Assembly: GCA_964632045.1 (NCBI GenBank)
Contig: CAZWBB010000004.1
Location: 18,615 to 82,614 of the forward strand
Source: an uncultured Methanosarcinales archaeon
GTDB lineage: Archaea > Nanobdellota > Nanobdellia > Woesearchaeales > GW2011-AR9
Length of the DNA stretch: 64,000 bases
Reading direction: 5' to 3'
Notes under the pieces: model-generated
Told to the model about the DNA's origin: nothing
Seen by the model: only the letters and a program-made list of their open reading frames with translations
Databases searched by the model: none
Program-made: the position numbers and the translations under genes
In this document: positions 45,837 through 55,290 of the stretch, piece after piece
Position numbering within the stretch: the first letter of the stretch is position 1
Layout: the number at the start of each line of letters is the position of its first letter

Positions 45837-48806
45837 ATGTTAGGAAAAAAAATTGAATGTATATTGAGGAAGCATCCAGCGATAGGATTGATGATAGGGG
45901 TGGCAGGTTTAGCTTATGGTTGTGATGACGTCCCAGATAATCATGCAGATAACGACTATACAACGCATACTTCTACTGGAAGTGACGATCCTTCTGGGAA
46001 TCAACCACAGTCACATGATTCTGGGAATAATGGTCCTGCTGTTGATGCTGGTAATCCTCAACTAGAAGATCCAGCTTCAAACAATGCAGATTGTTCAATA
46101 CGATACTTCTTAGATAATGATAGAGATGGCGCAACACCAAACAAAGCAACCTGGATTTGTACAGAAGAAGATGGCTATGCAGCATCCTTTGCACCTTATA
46201 GCGTCGAGTTTGACTGTGATGATAATAATGAGAACATAAATCCAAATGCGGATGAACTATGTGATGGGTTGGACAATAATTGTGACTTGCAGGTGGATGA
46301 AGAGTGTGATTGTAGTGACGGAGAGACAAAACGATGTGGCAGTAGTGAAGAAGGAGAATGTTCATACGGTATACAGACCTGCAACATCAACGGCGCATGG
46401 GCTGTATGTGTCGGAAATGTTGAACCCGTGGATGAGATCTGTGATGATCTGGACAATAATTGTGATGGGACGACCGATGAAGGGATCACTCGGGATTGTT
46501 CCAACAATTGTGGAGCTGGCCTGGAGGAATGTATCGCAGGGATATGGCGAAATTGTGATGCTCCACAGGTAGAGATGGAACGGTGCGACGGGGAGGACAA
46601 TGATTGTGACAGTGTTGTTGACAACGACTGCATCAACACTTTTGAAAGTGTCTATAGTCTCAATACAGTTGATGAAGCGATGGCTGTGCAGCAAACAGTT
46701 GATGGAGGGTACATCTTTGTTGGTTACACAGGATTCAATGAGCAGTATGATGCTTTTCTCATTAAGACTGATGCCTTCGGGAATGAAGAATGGTCAAACG
46801 TGTACGGTGGACAAGGTGATGAACAGGCTTTCTCAGTTCAACAGTCGGCAGATGGCGGGTATGTTTTTGTGGGGTGGACAGAATCTTATGGGAACGGCGG
46901 CAAAGATGTCTATCTTGTGAAAGTAGATGGAGTTGGTGACGAAATACTTGAAGAGACTTTTGGTGGGGTTGAGGATGAGGTCGGTTTCTCACTGAATGTG
47001 AACCAAGACGGCAGTCTGGTAATGACCGGAAGAGCAAACTCTGAGGAGGGGGCTGGCCAAGATGTATTCCTTCTTAAGACAGATGAACTGGGAAGTGAAG
47101 ATTGGTTCAGGACTTATGGTGGGATGGGAGATGAAAAAGGGCTTTCAGTAATCGAAGATTCCAACCAAGATTTTGTTGTTGCTGGCGTCAGACATTCCTT
47201 TGGCGGAAGCGGACTTGACATTCTGCTCTTGAAAGCAGACAGGCAAGGAAATCTTGAGTGGTCACGTACTTATGGAGAAGGAGGTGATGAGACTGCATTT
47301 GAGATTAAGGAAGCCGTTGACAGGAGTCTGATAGCTGTAGGAAAGACAAATTCTGAGGGGGCTGGTCTGGATGATATCTGCCTGCTCAAGACATCAGGAG
47401 ATGGAAGGGAGATCTGGAAGAGAACGTATGGTGGAGCGTTCAATGAAGAAGGACAGTCAGTTCAGTTGACCACAGATGATAATCTTGTGATAGTTGGAAG
47501 CGAGCAGTCAGAAGAAGGCGGGGATACTGATCTCTATCTGGTCAAAGTTGATCTGGATGGACGTGAGTTGTGGTCAAAGAATTATGGAGGGATGGATAAT
47601 GAGAGAGGATACTTTATACAGGAGACAGTAGATGGTGGTTTTGTTGCTGCGGGACATATCGAATCTAGAAGAGACCGATCCAAGTCTGTCTACATGATCC
47701 GTACTAATGAGGCTGGAGACGTACAACGACATAAAGCGTATGGTACTTCTTCAGATGAAGTTGGACTGGAGGTCATAATCGATGGTGAAGATAGTGTTGT
47801 AGTGGGTTGGACAGAGGCAGCTGCGAATATGGCCAAACAGGCTGTAGTTATGAAGTATGACTCTGAGGGAAATCAGCTTTGGCAAAGCTTGATGGGTGAA
47901 GAGCTGGATGAAGTTGGTCAAACAATTGTAAAAGGCTCTGACGGTAATTATGTAATAGCTGGAAGTGTTGGTAATGATGAACCCCATAGCAAAGATATCT
48001 ATTTGTCAGGATTAGATGTTAACGGTAACCCTGTCTGGAGTAATTCATTTGGAGGGCCCAGGACAGATGTTGCATCGCAGATAAAGAGCCTACCAGATGA
48101 GGGATACCTTCTCGTAGGATCATCAGATTCTCAGGGAGAAGAGGATATGGATGTCTATTTAGCTAAAGTTGACATGATGGGAATTCCTATCTGGCAGATG
48201 CACTATGGAGGGGCAGGTAATCAAGTGGGGATGGCAGTTGAAGTGCAGGACGACGGGTTTGTGATAGCAGGCTATCGGGAATCTTTTGGCAACGGTGGAA
48301 ATGATATCTATGTGTTGAAGACTGACACTCAGGGCAGTCTCAGATGGTCGCAACCGTTTGGCGGAGATAAGGACGATATTGCCTATGCGATCAGAGCGGA
48401 GGGCGGGGGATATGTCATAGCCGGTAGCACAGAATCAGAAGGTGCTGGTGGGAAAGACGCTTTCCTGCTGAGGATAGATGATCAAGGTTTTCAAGAGTGG
48501 TTTAGGTCATATGGAGGGGTGGATGATGAGGTTGCCTATTCCATCTTACCAGGGAATCGAGAATCACTTTACCTGGTCGGTTCTACCTCTTCTTTCGGAG
48601 CTGGTGGAAAAGATGTTTATCTGGTAAAAGCTGATGGAGACGGTAGGCAGCAGTTCTTCAGGGCTTTTGGAGGTCATGACGATGATGAAGGTCGCTCAAT
48701 AGTTGCTTCTGGGGATGAATTCATCATCTCTGGTTGGACAGATTCCTTCGGAGCAGGAGGGAAGAATATCTACATCATACGGACGGATGAGGATGGTAAT
48801 CTATGA
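45837..48806 (+). CDS. Large lipoprotein (989 aa): N-terminal MopE-like repeats followed by about 13 tandem beta-propeller-type (SBBP-like) repeats of about 50 aa
   Basis: Lipobox LAYGCDD. Recurrent YGGxGDExGxSVxxTxDGGYVxxGxTxSxGxGGxDxYLxKxDxxGxxxW units. Confidence 0.6.
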   Translation: MLGKKIECILRKHPAIGLMIGVAGLAYGCDDVPDNHADNDYTTHTSTGSDDPSGNQPQSHDSGNNGPAVDAGNPQLEDPASNNADCSIRYFLDNDRDGATPNKATWICTEEDGYAASFAPYSVEFDCDDNNENINPNADELCDGLDNNCDLQVDEECDCSDGETKRCGSSEEGECSYGIQTCNINGAWAVCVGNVEPVDEICDDLDNNCDGTTDEGITRDCSNNCGAGLEECIAGIWRNCDAPQVEMERCDGEDNDCDSVVDNDCINTFESVYSLNTVDEAMAVQQTVDGGYIFVGYTGFNEQYDAFLIKTDAFGNEEWSNVYGGQGDEQAFSVQQSADGGYVFVGWTESYGNGGKDVYLVKVDGVGDEILEETFGGVEDEVGFSLNVNQDGSLVMTGRANSEEGAGQDVFLLKTDELGSEDWFRTYGGMGDEKGLSVIEDSNQDFVVAGVRHSFGGSGLDILLLKADRQGNLEWSRTYGEGGDETAFEIKEAVDRSLIAVGKTNSEGAGLDDICLLKTSGDGREIWKRTYGGAFNEEGQSVQLTTDDNLVIVGSEQSEEGGDTDLYLVKVDLDGRELWSKNYGGMDNERGYFIQETVDGGFVAAGHIESRRDRSKSVYMIRTNEAGDVQRHKAYGTSSDEVGLEVIIDGEDSVVVGWTEAAANMAKQAVVMKYDSEGNQLWQSLMGEELDEVGQTIVKGSDGNYVIAGSVGNDEPHSKDIYLSGLDVNGNPVWSNSFGGPRTDVASQIKSLPDEGYLLVGSSDSQGEEDMDVYLAKVDMMGIPIWQMHYGGAGNQVGMAVEVQDDGFVIAGYRESFGNGGNDIYVLKTDTQGSLRWSQPFGGDKDDIAYAIRAEGGGYVIAGSTESEGAGGKDAFLLRIDDQGFQEWFRSYGGVDDEVAYSILPGNRESLYLVGSTSSFGAGGKDVYLVKADGDGRQQFFRAFGGHDDDEGRSIVASGDEFIISGWTDSFGAGGKNIYIIRTDEDGNL

Positions 48807-48840
48807 GACCAATTGAGCATCAGATAGGGGAGGTATAAAA

Positions 48841-50142
48841 TTGCACACACACAAAATTTGGAAAATCATTCGAGATAGAAGTTTTGGGATTGGAATCAGT
48901 GCTCTGGTTTTGGCGGCTTCAGCAGGTTGCGATGACAGTCAGAATAACGCTGGCATACCAATAGATGACGAATATGTTGATGTGGTTATACCAGCAAGTG
49001 ATTCTGGTGTGGAGGATACAGGTATGCCTGATTGTGAAAGCAAATACTTCCGCGATTTTGATGGTGATCGCTTCGGAGATTACAGTGCTGCATTTGTATG
49101 CGAGCTGGTTCAGGGTTACGTTGGAAATAACCTTGATTGCAATGATTCCCATGGGGGCATTAATCCAGGTGCCCAAGAAGTTTGCGACGGGATAGACAAT
49201 AATTGTGACGGAGATATTGATGAAGGTTTTCCGAAGATGGATTTTTACTTAGACAGAGATAGAGATACTTATGGAGACGATTCCTCAGTAACGATTGGAT
49301 GCGATCCTCCCAATGATTTCTACGTTCTTCTTGGAGGAGATTGCAACGATACAAATCCAAATATCAATCCGATGGCCCCGGATATCAAATGCAGCGGCGT
49401 AGATGAGAACTGTGATGGGATCTTAGATAATAACAGGATCATGCGACATAAAAGAGAGTGTCAAGGTGGAGATGCTTACTGGAGGGATAATTGTGGCGAC
49501 CTAGGTGACCTTGCGGAAAGATGTGCTGAAAACCAAGTTTGCGAGGATGGGGAATGCAAGTGCATTCCAGATTGTACAAACAGGGAATGCGGTTCGGATG
49601 GTTGCGAGGGAAGTTGCGGTATCTGTCAGGGAGAAAACTCAGAATGTATCTCCGGAGATTGTGTTTGCGAGACTACATGTGGTAGAGACCAATGTGGACC
49701 AGATGGTTGTGGTGGAACATGCGGGGAATGCTCTCCCAGGAACCAATGCGTCGAAAGATATCGTGGAGGGTTGATGATGGTCTGTGAGTGCGAACCAGAT
49801 TGTGGTAGTCTTTGTTGTTGGGAAGATGGACTTGAATGTCTGCATGTGGAGATGTATGGGAGAGATATCTGCATCCCACCTGGAAGTGATGTATGCAGAT
49901 CCAGGGATGGACGGACTTACGGTTTCTGCCGACCAGGGTTGGTGTGTGGTGAAGGTTGGGAGTGTCAGATGGGTCCAGTAGATGTACAATGCTGCCCTCC
50001 TAATAGGGCGCACTACCAGAGGGTCAGGATAGGACGGGCAGCAGCACCCTCCAGGTTGTGCTGTGATGCATGTTATGATAGTTTTGATAATAATCAGGAG
50101 GCGAACGCGCACTGCACCACTCCGGTTGATCAGAGCAGGTGA
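48841..50142 (+). CDS. Lipoprotein with MopE-like repeats and C-terminal Cys-rich CGxDGCGGxCGxC repeats (TTG start with a GGGGAGGT ribosome-binding site)
   Basis: Lipobox LAASAGCDD. CGSDGCEGSCGIC, CGPDGCGGTCGEC. 433 aa. Confidence 0.55.
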   Translation: MHTHKIWKIIRDRSFGIGISALVLAASAGCDDSQNNAGIPIDDEYVDVVIPASDSGVEDTGMPDCESKYFRDFDGDRFGDYSAAFVCELVQGYVGNNLDCNDSHGGINPGAQEVCDGIDNNCDGDIDEGFPKMDFYLDRDRDTYGDDSSVTIGCDPPNDFYVLLGGDCNDTNPNINPMAPDIKCSGVDENCDGILDNNRIMRHKRECQGGDAYWRDNCGDLGDLAERCAENQVCEDGECKCIPDCTNRECGSDGCEGSCGICQGENSECISGDCVCETTCGRDQCGPDGCGGTCGECSPRNQCVERYRGGLMMVCECEPDCGSLCCWEDGLECLHVEMYGRDICIPPGSDVCRSRDGRTYGFCRPGLVCGEGWECQMGPVDVQCCPPNRAHYQRVRIGRAAAPSRLCCDACYDSFDNNQEANAHCTTPVDQSR

Positions 50143-52046
50143 ATGGATTGTTGGGTGCCAAAATGGTAATTGTAAAGTATATCTCAAATGCAGAGAATTT
50201 TGTGAAAGGATATGTTGGTAATCCATTATCCACAGCAATAATAGCTGCTGCCATTGCAGTTGGCTCATTACTTACCCCTGGTTGTACCGATGAGGATCCT
50301 GCGGATGATCTAGTTCATGAGGAATGCTTTGAAAACTTGGAGGTACGTAGAGGTTGTGATGAAGACGAGGAATGTGGATCTAGGAAACATTGTTCCAGAA
50401 GCAGGTGTTATTACAACCGCTGTGAAGATCGTGAAGGATATTATAAAGTAGAGGACAGATGTTGTACAGATGGTACTGAGGGGAGTATTGTCTGTATTGA
50501 GAACTCACATCCAATTCATTCTCCTTATCCCTTGGATCTCAGTTGGAACAAAGACAAGGGTCTTGCCTGCTTAGATAAGAAGATCAAAATTTATTATTAC
50601 GATATTGAGAATGTTGATTTGCAGCCGATTGTCCCCATGTCAGGCATCTGTCCAGTAAGTATCATTGAAAGAGAAAGTATAGCTTGGGCTCTGGACTTCC
50701 GGGAGAATTCTCTGGTCACTATGGAGAATTATGAAGTAGTGGATTCTGTTCCTCTTCCTGGAGAAAGTCCGTTGAACCTCGCTTTTGCTCCTGCGGATAC
50801 ATTTTGGTATCTTGATGGCGATATCGGATTAAGCAGAATTGACATGGCCGGCAAGGTGATCGATTCTGTCCGTACACCTGACTTAGAGATGAAAGGGATG
50901 GCTACTGAAAGAGCATATCTTTGGTTCGTGGGAACTCATGATGGATTGTCATCGAGAATTCTCAAGACAAGCCACTCTGGAAACATACTTAACGAGTTCA
51001 ATTCTCCTGCAGATTCTCCGGTAGGGATAGCGGTCGCTGATTCTTCCGTATGGGTACTGGATGAGAGTCTACGGGTGGTCATCCAAATGACAGAACTTGT
51101 CTCTCAGCAAGCAATTGAGTGTTATCTTGATTCTGATGGGGACGGTTTCGGCCATGAGCGGACTATAGTTTCACCTATGAAAGGAAGATGTCCAGAAGGT
51201 TATGTGAAAAATCCGTTCGACTGTGATGATACAAATGCAAGAGTGCATCCTGGAATGAATGAAGTATGCAATGGAATTGATGATGATTGTAATGATGGTG
51301 TTGATGAAAATCTTGAGATGAATTGTATGTATGTATGTCCGGAAATTGGTCTGGAGATCCATGGGAAAGTATTCTGTCGTAATGGAGAATGGACAGAATG
51401 TAGCGCGAATACACAATGTTGTGAGTATGGTGATATCATGGACCGCGTTTATTGTGATGATAATTTGTCATTGCTGTTTGTAATAGACAATTCTGGCAGT
51501 ATGACTGGTAGTGATGGTAATGACCATAGTGGAATGCGCTATAATGGGCTGAATGAACTTGTTGATGAGATGGAACATGGAGACGAAGCGTCTATCATCC
51601 CTTTTGGAGATCGGTCTGAGGTGTCATGCGAGTTTACTTCAAACCCAGGTAGCCTAGATGATTGTGTTTCCCGGGCAAGGGCGGCTTCTGTGGGAGGTGG
51701 AACTAATATCAGGGGGGCATTGCAACGAGCCATGTCTCATATTAATAGTGCTAGTTACAGAAAAATAATTGTGCTTCTTACTGATGGGGAGGACAGTTAT
51801 GATGCTGATTCATTTAGACAAGAGGCAGAAAGAGCAGATATCACCTTATATGCCATGGGATTTGGAAGTGCAGATGAAGATGTATTGCGGGCGACGGTAA
51901 CTGAAGATGGAGATTATTTCAAGATAGATAATGCCCAGCAGATCCCTTCAGGGTACAAGACCATCTTACATAGCAACAAGATCAAGTCCTGGAAAGAATG
52001 TGATGATCGAGGTAACTGGCAACAAAGATATGGTGTGTGTGATTAA
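50139..52046 (+). CDS. Lipoprotein with a Cys-rich N-terminal region, a beta-propeller-like middle, one MopE-like repeat and a C-terminal vWA domain (third vWA paralog)
   Basis: Lipobox LLTPGCTDE. CDDTNARVHPGMNEVCNGIDDDCNDGVDE. LLFVIDNSGSM...VLLTDGEDS. C-terminal SWKECDDRGNWQQRYGVCD. Start ambiguous (GTG at 50139 or ATG at 50163). Confidence 0.65.
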   Translation: MNGLLGAKMVIVKYISNAENFVKGYVGNPLSTAIIAAAIAVGSLLTPGCTDEDPADDLVHEECFENLEVRRGCDEDEECGSRKHCSRSRCYYNRCEDREGYYKVEDRCCTDGTEGSIVCIENSHPIHSPYPLDLSWNKDKGLACLDKKIKIYYYDIENVDLQPIVPMSGICPVSIIERESIAWALDFRENSLVTMENYEVVDSVPLPGESPLNLAFAPADTFWYLDGDIGLSRIDMAGKVIDSVRTPDLEMKGMATERAYLWFVGTHDGLSSRILKTSHSGNILNEFNSPADSPVGIAVADSSVWVLDESLRVVIQMTELVSQQAIECYLDSDGDGFGHERTIVSPMKGRCPEGYVKNPFDCDDTNARVHPGMNEVCNGIDDDCNDGVDENLEMNCMYVCPEIGLEIHGKVFCRNGEWTECSANTQCCEYGDIMDRVYCDDNLSLLFVIDNSGSMTGSDGNDHSGMRYNGLNELVDEMEHGDEASIIPFGDRSEVSCEFTSNPGSLDDCVSRARAASVGGGTNIRGALQRAMSHINSASYRKIIVLLTDGEDSYDADSFRQEAERADITLYAMGFGSADEDVLRATVTEDGDYFKIDNAQQIPSGYKTILHSNKIKSWKECDDRGNWQQRYGVCD

Positions 52047-52100
52047 TTACCCAAAAAACAACTGGAAGACGCTCAGGATTTACTTTATGTAAAAAAACCA

Positions 52101-53225
52101 GTGAATTATTTATTATATTCGCTCAACTATCTGAAAAATAGAAAAATGAACATTATCGATCCCGGTTTTCGGAAACGGATGACTCAGTATAGTGAGCAAG
52201 AAAGGGATACGATTACTGATATTGAAGCGCTCATCGAAGAGCAGGAAGCGTTGGAAAGAGAAGCTGAGATGAGAAAAAGGAAGTTAGCGATCAGGACAGG
52301 GATTGCAGGATCCTTTATGGCAGCCGCACTTAGCATTTGCGCTTATTGCATTAGCGAGACTGGATTTACAAACATGGGAGAGCCAGAACTGACCATAAAT
52401 CAGTATGATGAGGAAATACCCATCTATCGGAATCAGACTTGGGATACGAACATTGTGATTCCCAATGTTGTTGCTGAATCTATTGATGATAGTGTTGCTG
52501 TTCAGGAAAGTTGCAGGTTCTGGAACTGGACAGAAGACTGTTGGAAGATCAAGGAGAATAATACGGGGCCTAAACCTGCATCTGATTTAAAAGTAGAACC
52601 AGCCGTTAAATATGTGCCGACAAAAGATCATCCTTTGGCTACAGCTAATGGGAAAGGAGGTTTTTCTTTGGGAGAAAATGGGAGCGGTTCTGGTCTCACG
52701 TATGCTTTCACATTTACCAGGAACTATCATGGACGTCGAGTGGGTGTACCTTACAAAGTTGTACCGGAGTGGAAGCAGACCGCTCCAGGTAGGAAGAAAA
52801 TTCAATGGAGGGTAACCCGCAACAGGATTAAAGATTATCGGAAATCAGAAGATATAAATATCGGCAGGTTCATCAGCCCCGTTAGTCTGAATTCTGTAAT
52901 AGGAAAGGTTGATAGCTATACTTTAGAGTTTAGAGGGGGGAGGAAAATTCCAGTTGTTAGACCAAAGTCGAACATTTGGAGTCATGGGCTGCATATTGAC
53001 AATTACTATGAGATAGCTAAGATAGAAGTCAAAGCAGGTGAGGACCCACAACCATGGATCACCAAAACGGTAGTTGACGTGGGACCTGAAGTTATCAAGA
53101 AGAGATTTGATACTACGATGTTGACCTATACCCGGGCCGTGGATCATCTGGGCAATTTTGGAAAGACTCCTAACGATGCGGAAGATTTGCCTTCGCCCAT
53201 ACAGTTTAAGAAGAGTATCAATTGA
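52101..53225 (+). CDS. Hypothetical membrane-anchored protein (374 aa)
   Basis: Transmembrane segment IAGSFMAAALSICAYCI after a charged N-terminus. Confidence 0.45.
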   Translation: MNYLLYSLNYLKNRKMNIIDPGFRKRMTQYSEQERDTITDIEALIEEQEALEREAEMRKRKLAIRTGIAGSFMAAALSICAYCISETGFTNMGEPELTINQYDEEIPIYRNQTWDTNIVIPNVVAESIDDSVAVQESCRFWNWTEDCWKIKENNTGPKPASDLKVEPAVKYVPTKDHPLATANGKGGFSLGENGSGSGLTYAFTFTRNYHGRRVGVPYKVVPEWKQTAPGRKKIQWRVTRNRIKDYRKSEDINIGRFISPVSLNSVIGKVDSYTLEFRGGRKIPVVRPKSNIWSHGLHIDNYYEIAKIEVKAGEDPQPWITKTVVDVGPEVIKKRFDTTMLTYTRAVDHLGNFGKTPNDAEDLPSPIQFKKSIN

Positions 53226-53269
53226 CAATACTGTAAATGAACGGATAATATGGTAGATGAAAGGATAAA

Positions 53270-54337
53270 ATGGTAAAGGAAAAATGTTTGATGGCTGTCT
53301 GCATTGCAGCTCTTACAGCAGTAAGTCCCTTACAGGCGGAAGACGGGGACTCACAGATGACTCTGGATCAGATGGTGCAGCAGGTGGACAAAGAGCGTTA
53401 TGAAATCAAACCATTCAGATCCTTGCCTGCAAATGTAGAACAGCTCCTGTATGAAAGGATGCAGGTTGATGAGATGGAAAGAATATTTCGTGAAATGCTG
53501 GATAACAGGGAGAAATCAGAGGATGGTTCACGTGGAGTATTTTCTGAAGAAGATATCAAGACAAGGAAACCTTTGAAATATGATATCAAATCAAGACTGA
53601 AAGATATCCCATACCCTGATGAAAAAGAGAGAGCCCTGCAATACTGGGAAAAAAAGAAAGTCTATTCTGCTATCATCGTTGATAAGACACAGCAAAAAAA
53701 ATACCATGTGCTTTACTTTGCTGTTGATCTGGACAATCCCTCAGGATATAAGATACTGAGGATTCCCAACAATAATTTCCTCTTCAATAACAGCCCATTT
53801 CTTGAGGCTAGTGATTTCCTGCGTAGTCATGTGAATAAGCTGGCATATGAGGTTTTTGTCCAGGCAAAAACAAAAGGTAAGATTGAGTTTGTTGATAAAG
53901 GCAATACAAACACCCTGACTGCACTGAGACAACAGGCAGATCTTACTAAATATGTTACGGATGCGCTTCAGGATATCCGAAGAAAAAAGAAAGATTATCC
54001 AAGGGAGGTTATTGAAGATATTGAGAAGTATTTCGTTGACATAAACGATTCTGTTCTTCCGGAGTGGCTTGATTATGAAATATTCAGGAAAGGCCAGGGC
54101 CAATATGCACAATGGTTCGCCTTTGTGTATGCAGATCACAACCAGAATAAGAAGTGGGATAAAGGAGAAAAGTTGTTTGCGCGCGGCGACTTACCGATTC
54201 TTATTCCCATAGATCCTATTGATAATGCCCAGATAAGAAAAGAGTCAACTGAAAAGCAGGAGACCAGTGACAGAGATTCTCCCAGTGCGCGCATCTATGG
54301 AAAAAAGGTGCCATCAGGAGGGGCTGGAGAATTATGA
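53270..54337 (+). CDS. Hypothetical secreted protein (355 aa)
   Basis: Signal MAVCIAALTAVSPLQA. Confidence 0.45.
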   Translation: MVKEKCLMAVCIAALTAVSPLQAEDGDSQMTLDQMVQQVDKERYEIKPFRSLPANVEQLLYERMQVDEMERIFREMLDNREKSEDGSRGVFSEEDIKTRKPLKYDIKSRLKDIPYPDEKERALQYWEKKKVYSAIIVDKTQQKKYHVLYFAVDLDNPSGYKILRIPNNNFLFNNSPFLEASDFLRSHVNKLAYEVFVQAKTKGKIEFVDKGNTNTLTALRQQADLTKYVTDALQDIRRKKKDYPREVIEDIEKYFVDINDSVLPEWLDYEIFRKGQGQYAQWFAFVYADHNQNKKWDKGEKLFARGDLPILIPIDPIDNAQIRKESTEKQETSDRDSPSARIYGKKVPSGGAGEL

Positions 54338-54348
54338 CTATTTACAGG

Positions 54349-55290
54349 CTATGAACCGGTTTCTGGTCGTTCAGGATTTATCTCTTCGGCGTGATCGTAT
54401 ATCTTCTCCACGACAAATGGCACCTCCTGGTCGCAACTGGTATAACCTGATCTCGAAAGAAGAGCAAATTCCTCTTCTTTATTCAGGAAAGTAGTAAACT
54501 CTGTAGGGATTGAGCTTTGGAAGAGGTACTTAAATTTCCTTTCTTCATCATATCTGCTCAGGACAAATGAACCCTCGTAATAAGTTACTGTTCTGGTATC
54601 ATTACCCTCGGGATCATATTCCTGTTCCTCAATTTCATACTTACGTTGGGCAACATCGCTGATCTGTAGGCGGTCCAGGAAAGTGCATCCGCCAAGGTGG
54701 TGTTCACGAGATGATGATTTGCCAAGCAATTCCAAGCTCTCTGCCGCTGCAACAGGTTGACCATATCTCTTCTCCACAATTGTCCTTTCAGTAGATATCT
54801 TATCCTTGAGGAGATAAAAGCCTCTGCTATCGATAGTAAGGTCAACTTCTTTTTCAAATGTTAAGCAGGTCCTTGCTGCCTCCTGTAGGGAATTGGCGGC
54901 CAATCCTCCTATAAACAGACCGGCACCAGCCAGAAGGAGGTAGCCGAAAGAGAAACCTTCACTATAGAAATGATTCACTGCGTAAGCAATCGCACCGCAG
55001 CCGCCAGCGGTGAAAGTGGCTCCCCAAAAGATCTGCCCTCCTATGTAGTTTCGTCTGAAAGATGTGTCAACGTCGTCCTCTATTGCAATCTGTTCTAAGG
55101 TGGGCAGGGCGGAAGCTCTTTTTATCATTGCATTTTTTTCTGTCATGAATACAGTATGGACATATTTAATTATTAAAGTTTTTGTTGATATTTTTACGGA
55201 AACTATTTCTGCTGTGTAGAGATTTTGGTTTTTTGGGAAAGGTTTAAATAAATCAGGGGGCCATTTCTTTTTATGGGGGTCAGTGGACAT
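54349..55290 (-). CDS. Hypothetical membrane protein (probable start at 55146, MTEKNAMIK)
   Basis: Two hydrophobic segments (WGATFTAGGCGAIAYAV; YLLLAGAGLFIGGLAA). Confidence 0.4.
   Translation of the reverse strand: MSTDPHKKKWPPDLFKPFPKNQNLYTAEIVSVKISTKTLIIKYVHTVFMTEKNAMIKRASALPTLEQIAIEDDVDTSFRRNYIGGQIFWGATFTAGGCGAIAYAVNHFYSEGFSFGYLLLAGAGLFIGGLAANSLQEAARTCLTFEKEVDLTIDSRGFYLLKDKISTERTIVEKRYGQPVAAAESLELLGKSSSREHHLGGCTFLDRLQISDVAQRKYEIEEQEYDPEGNDTRTVTYYEGSFVLSRYDEERKFKYLFQSSIPTEFTTFLNKEEEFALLSRSGYTSCDQEVPFVVEKIYDHAEEINPERPETGS

Noticed and set aside
38131-50268. Numerous minus-strand ORFs (60-209 aa), His/Ser/Pro/Cys-rich, e.g. 39313-39939, 44399-44956, 49639-50268
   Set aside because: They are antisense to long, repeat-rich + strand genes whose GAT/GAC/TGT-rich codons produce stop-free antisense frames. 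The products are low-complexity with no signal or ribosome-binding-site context.
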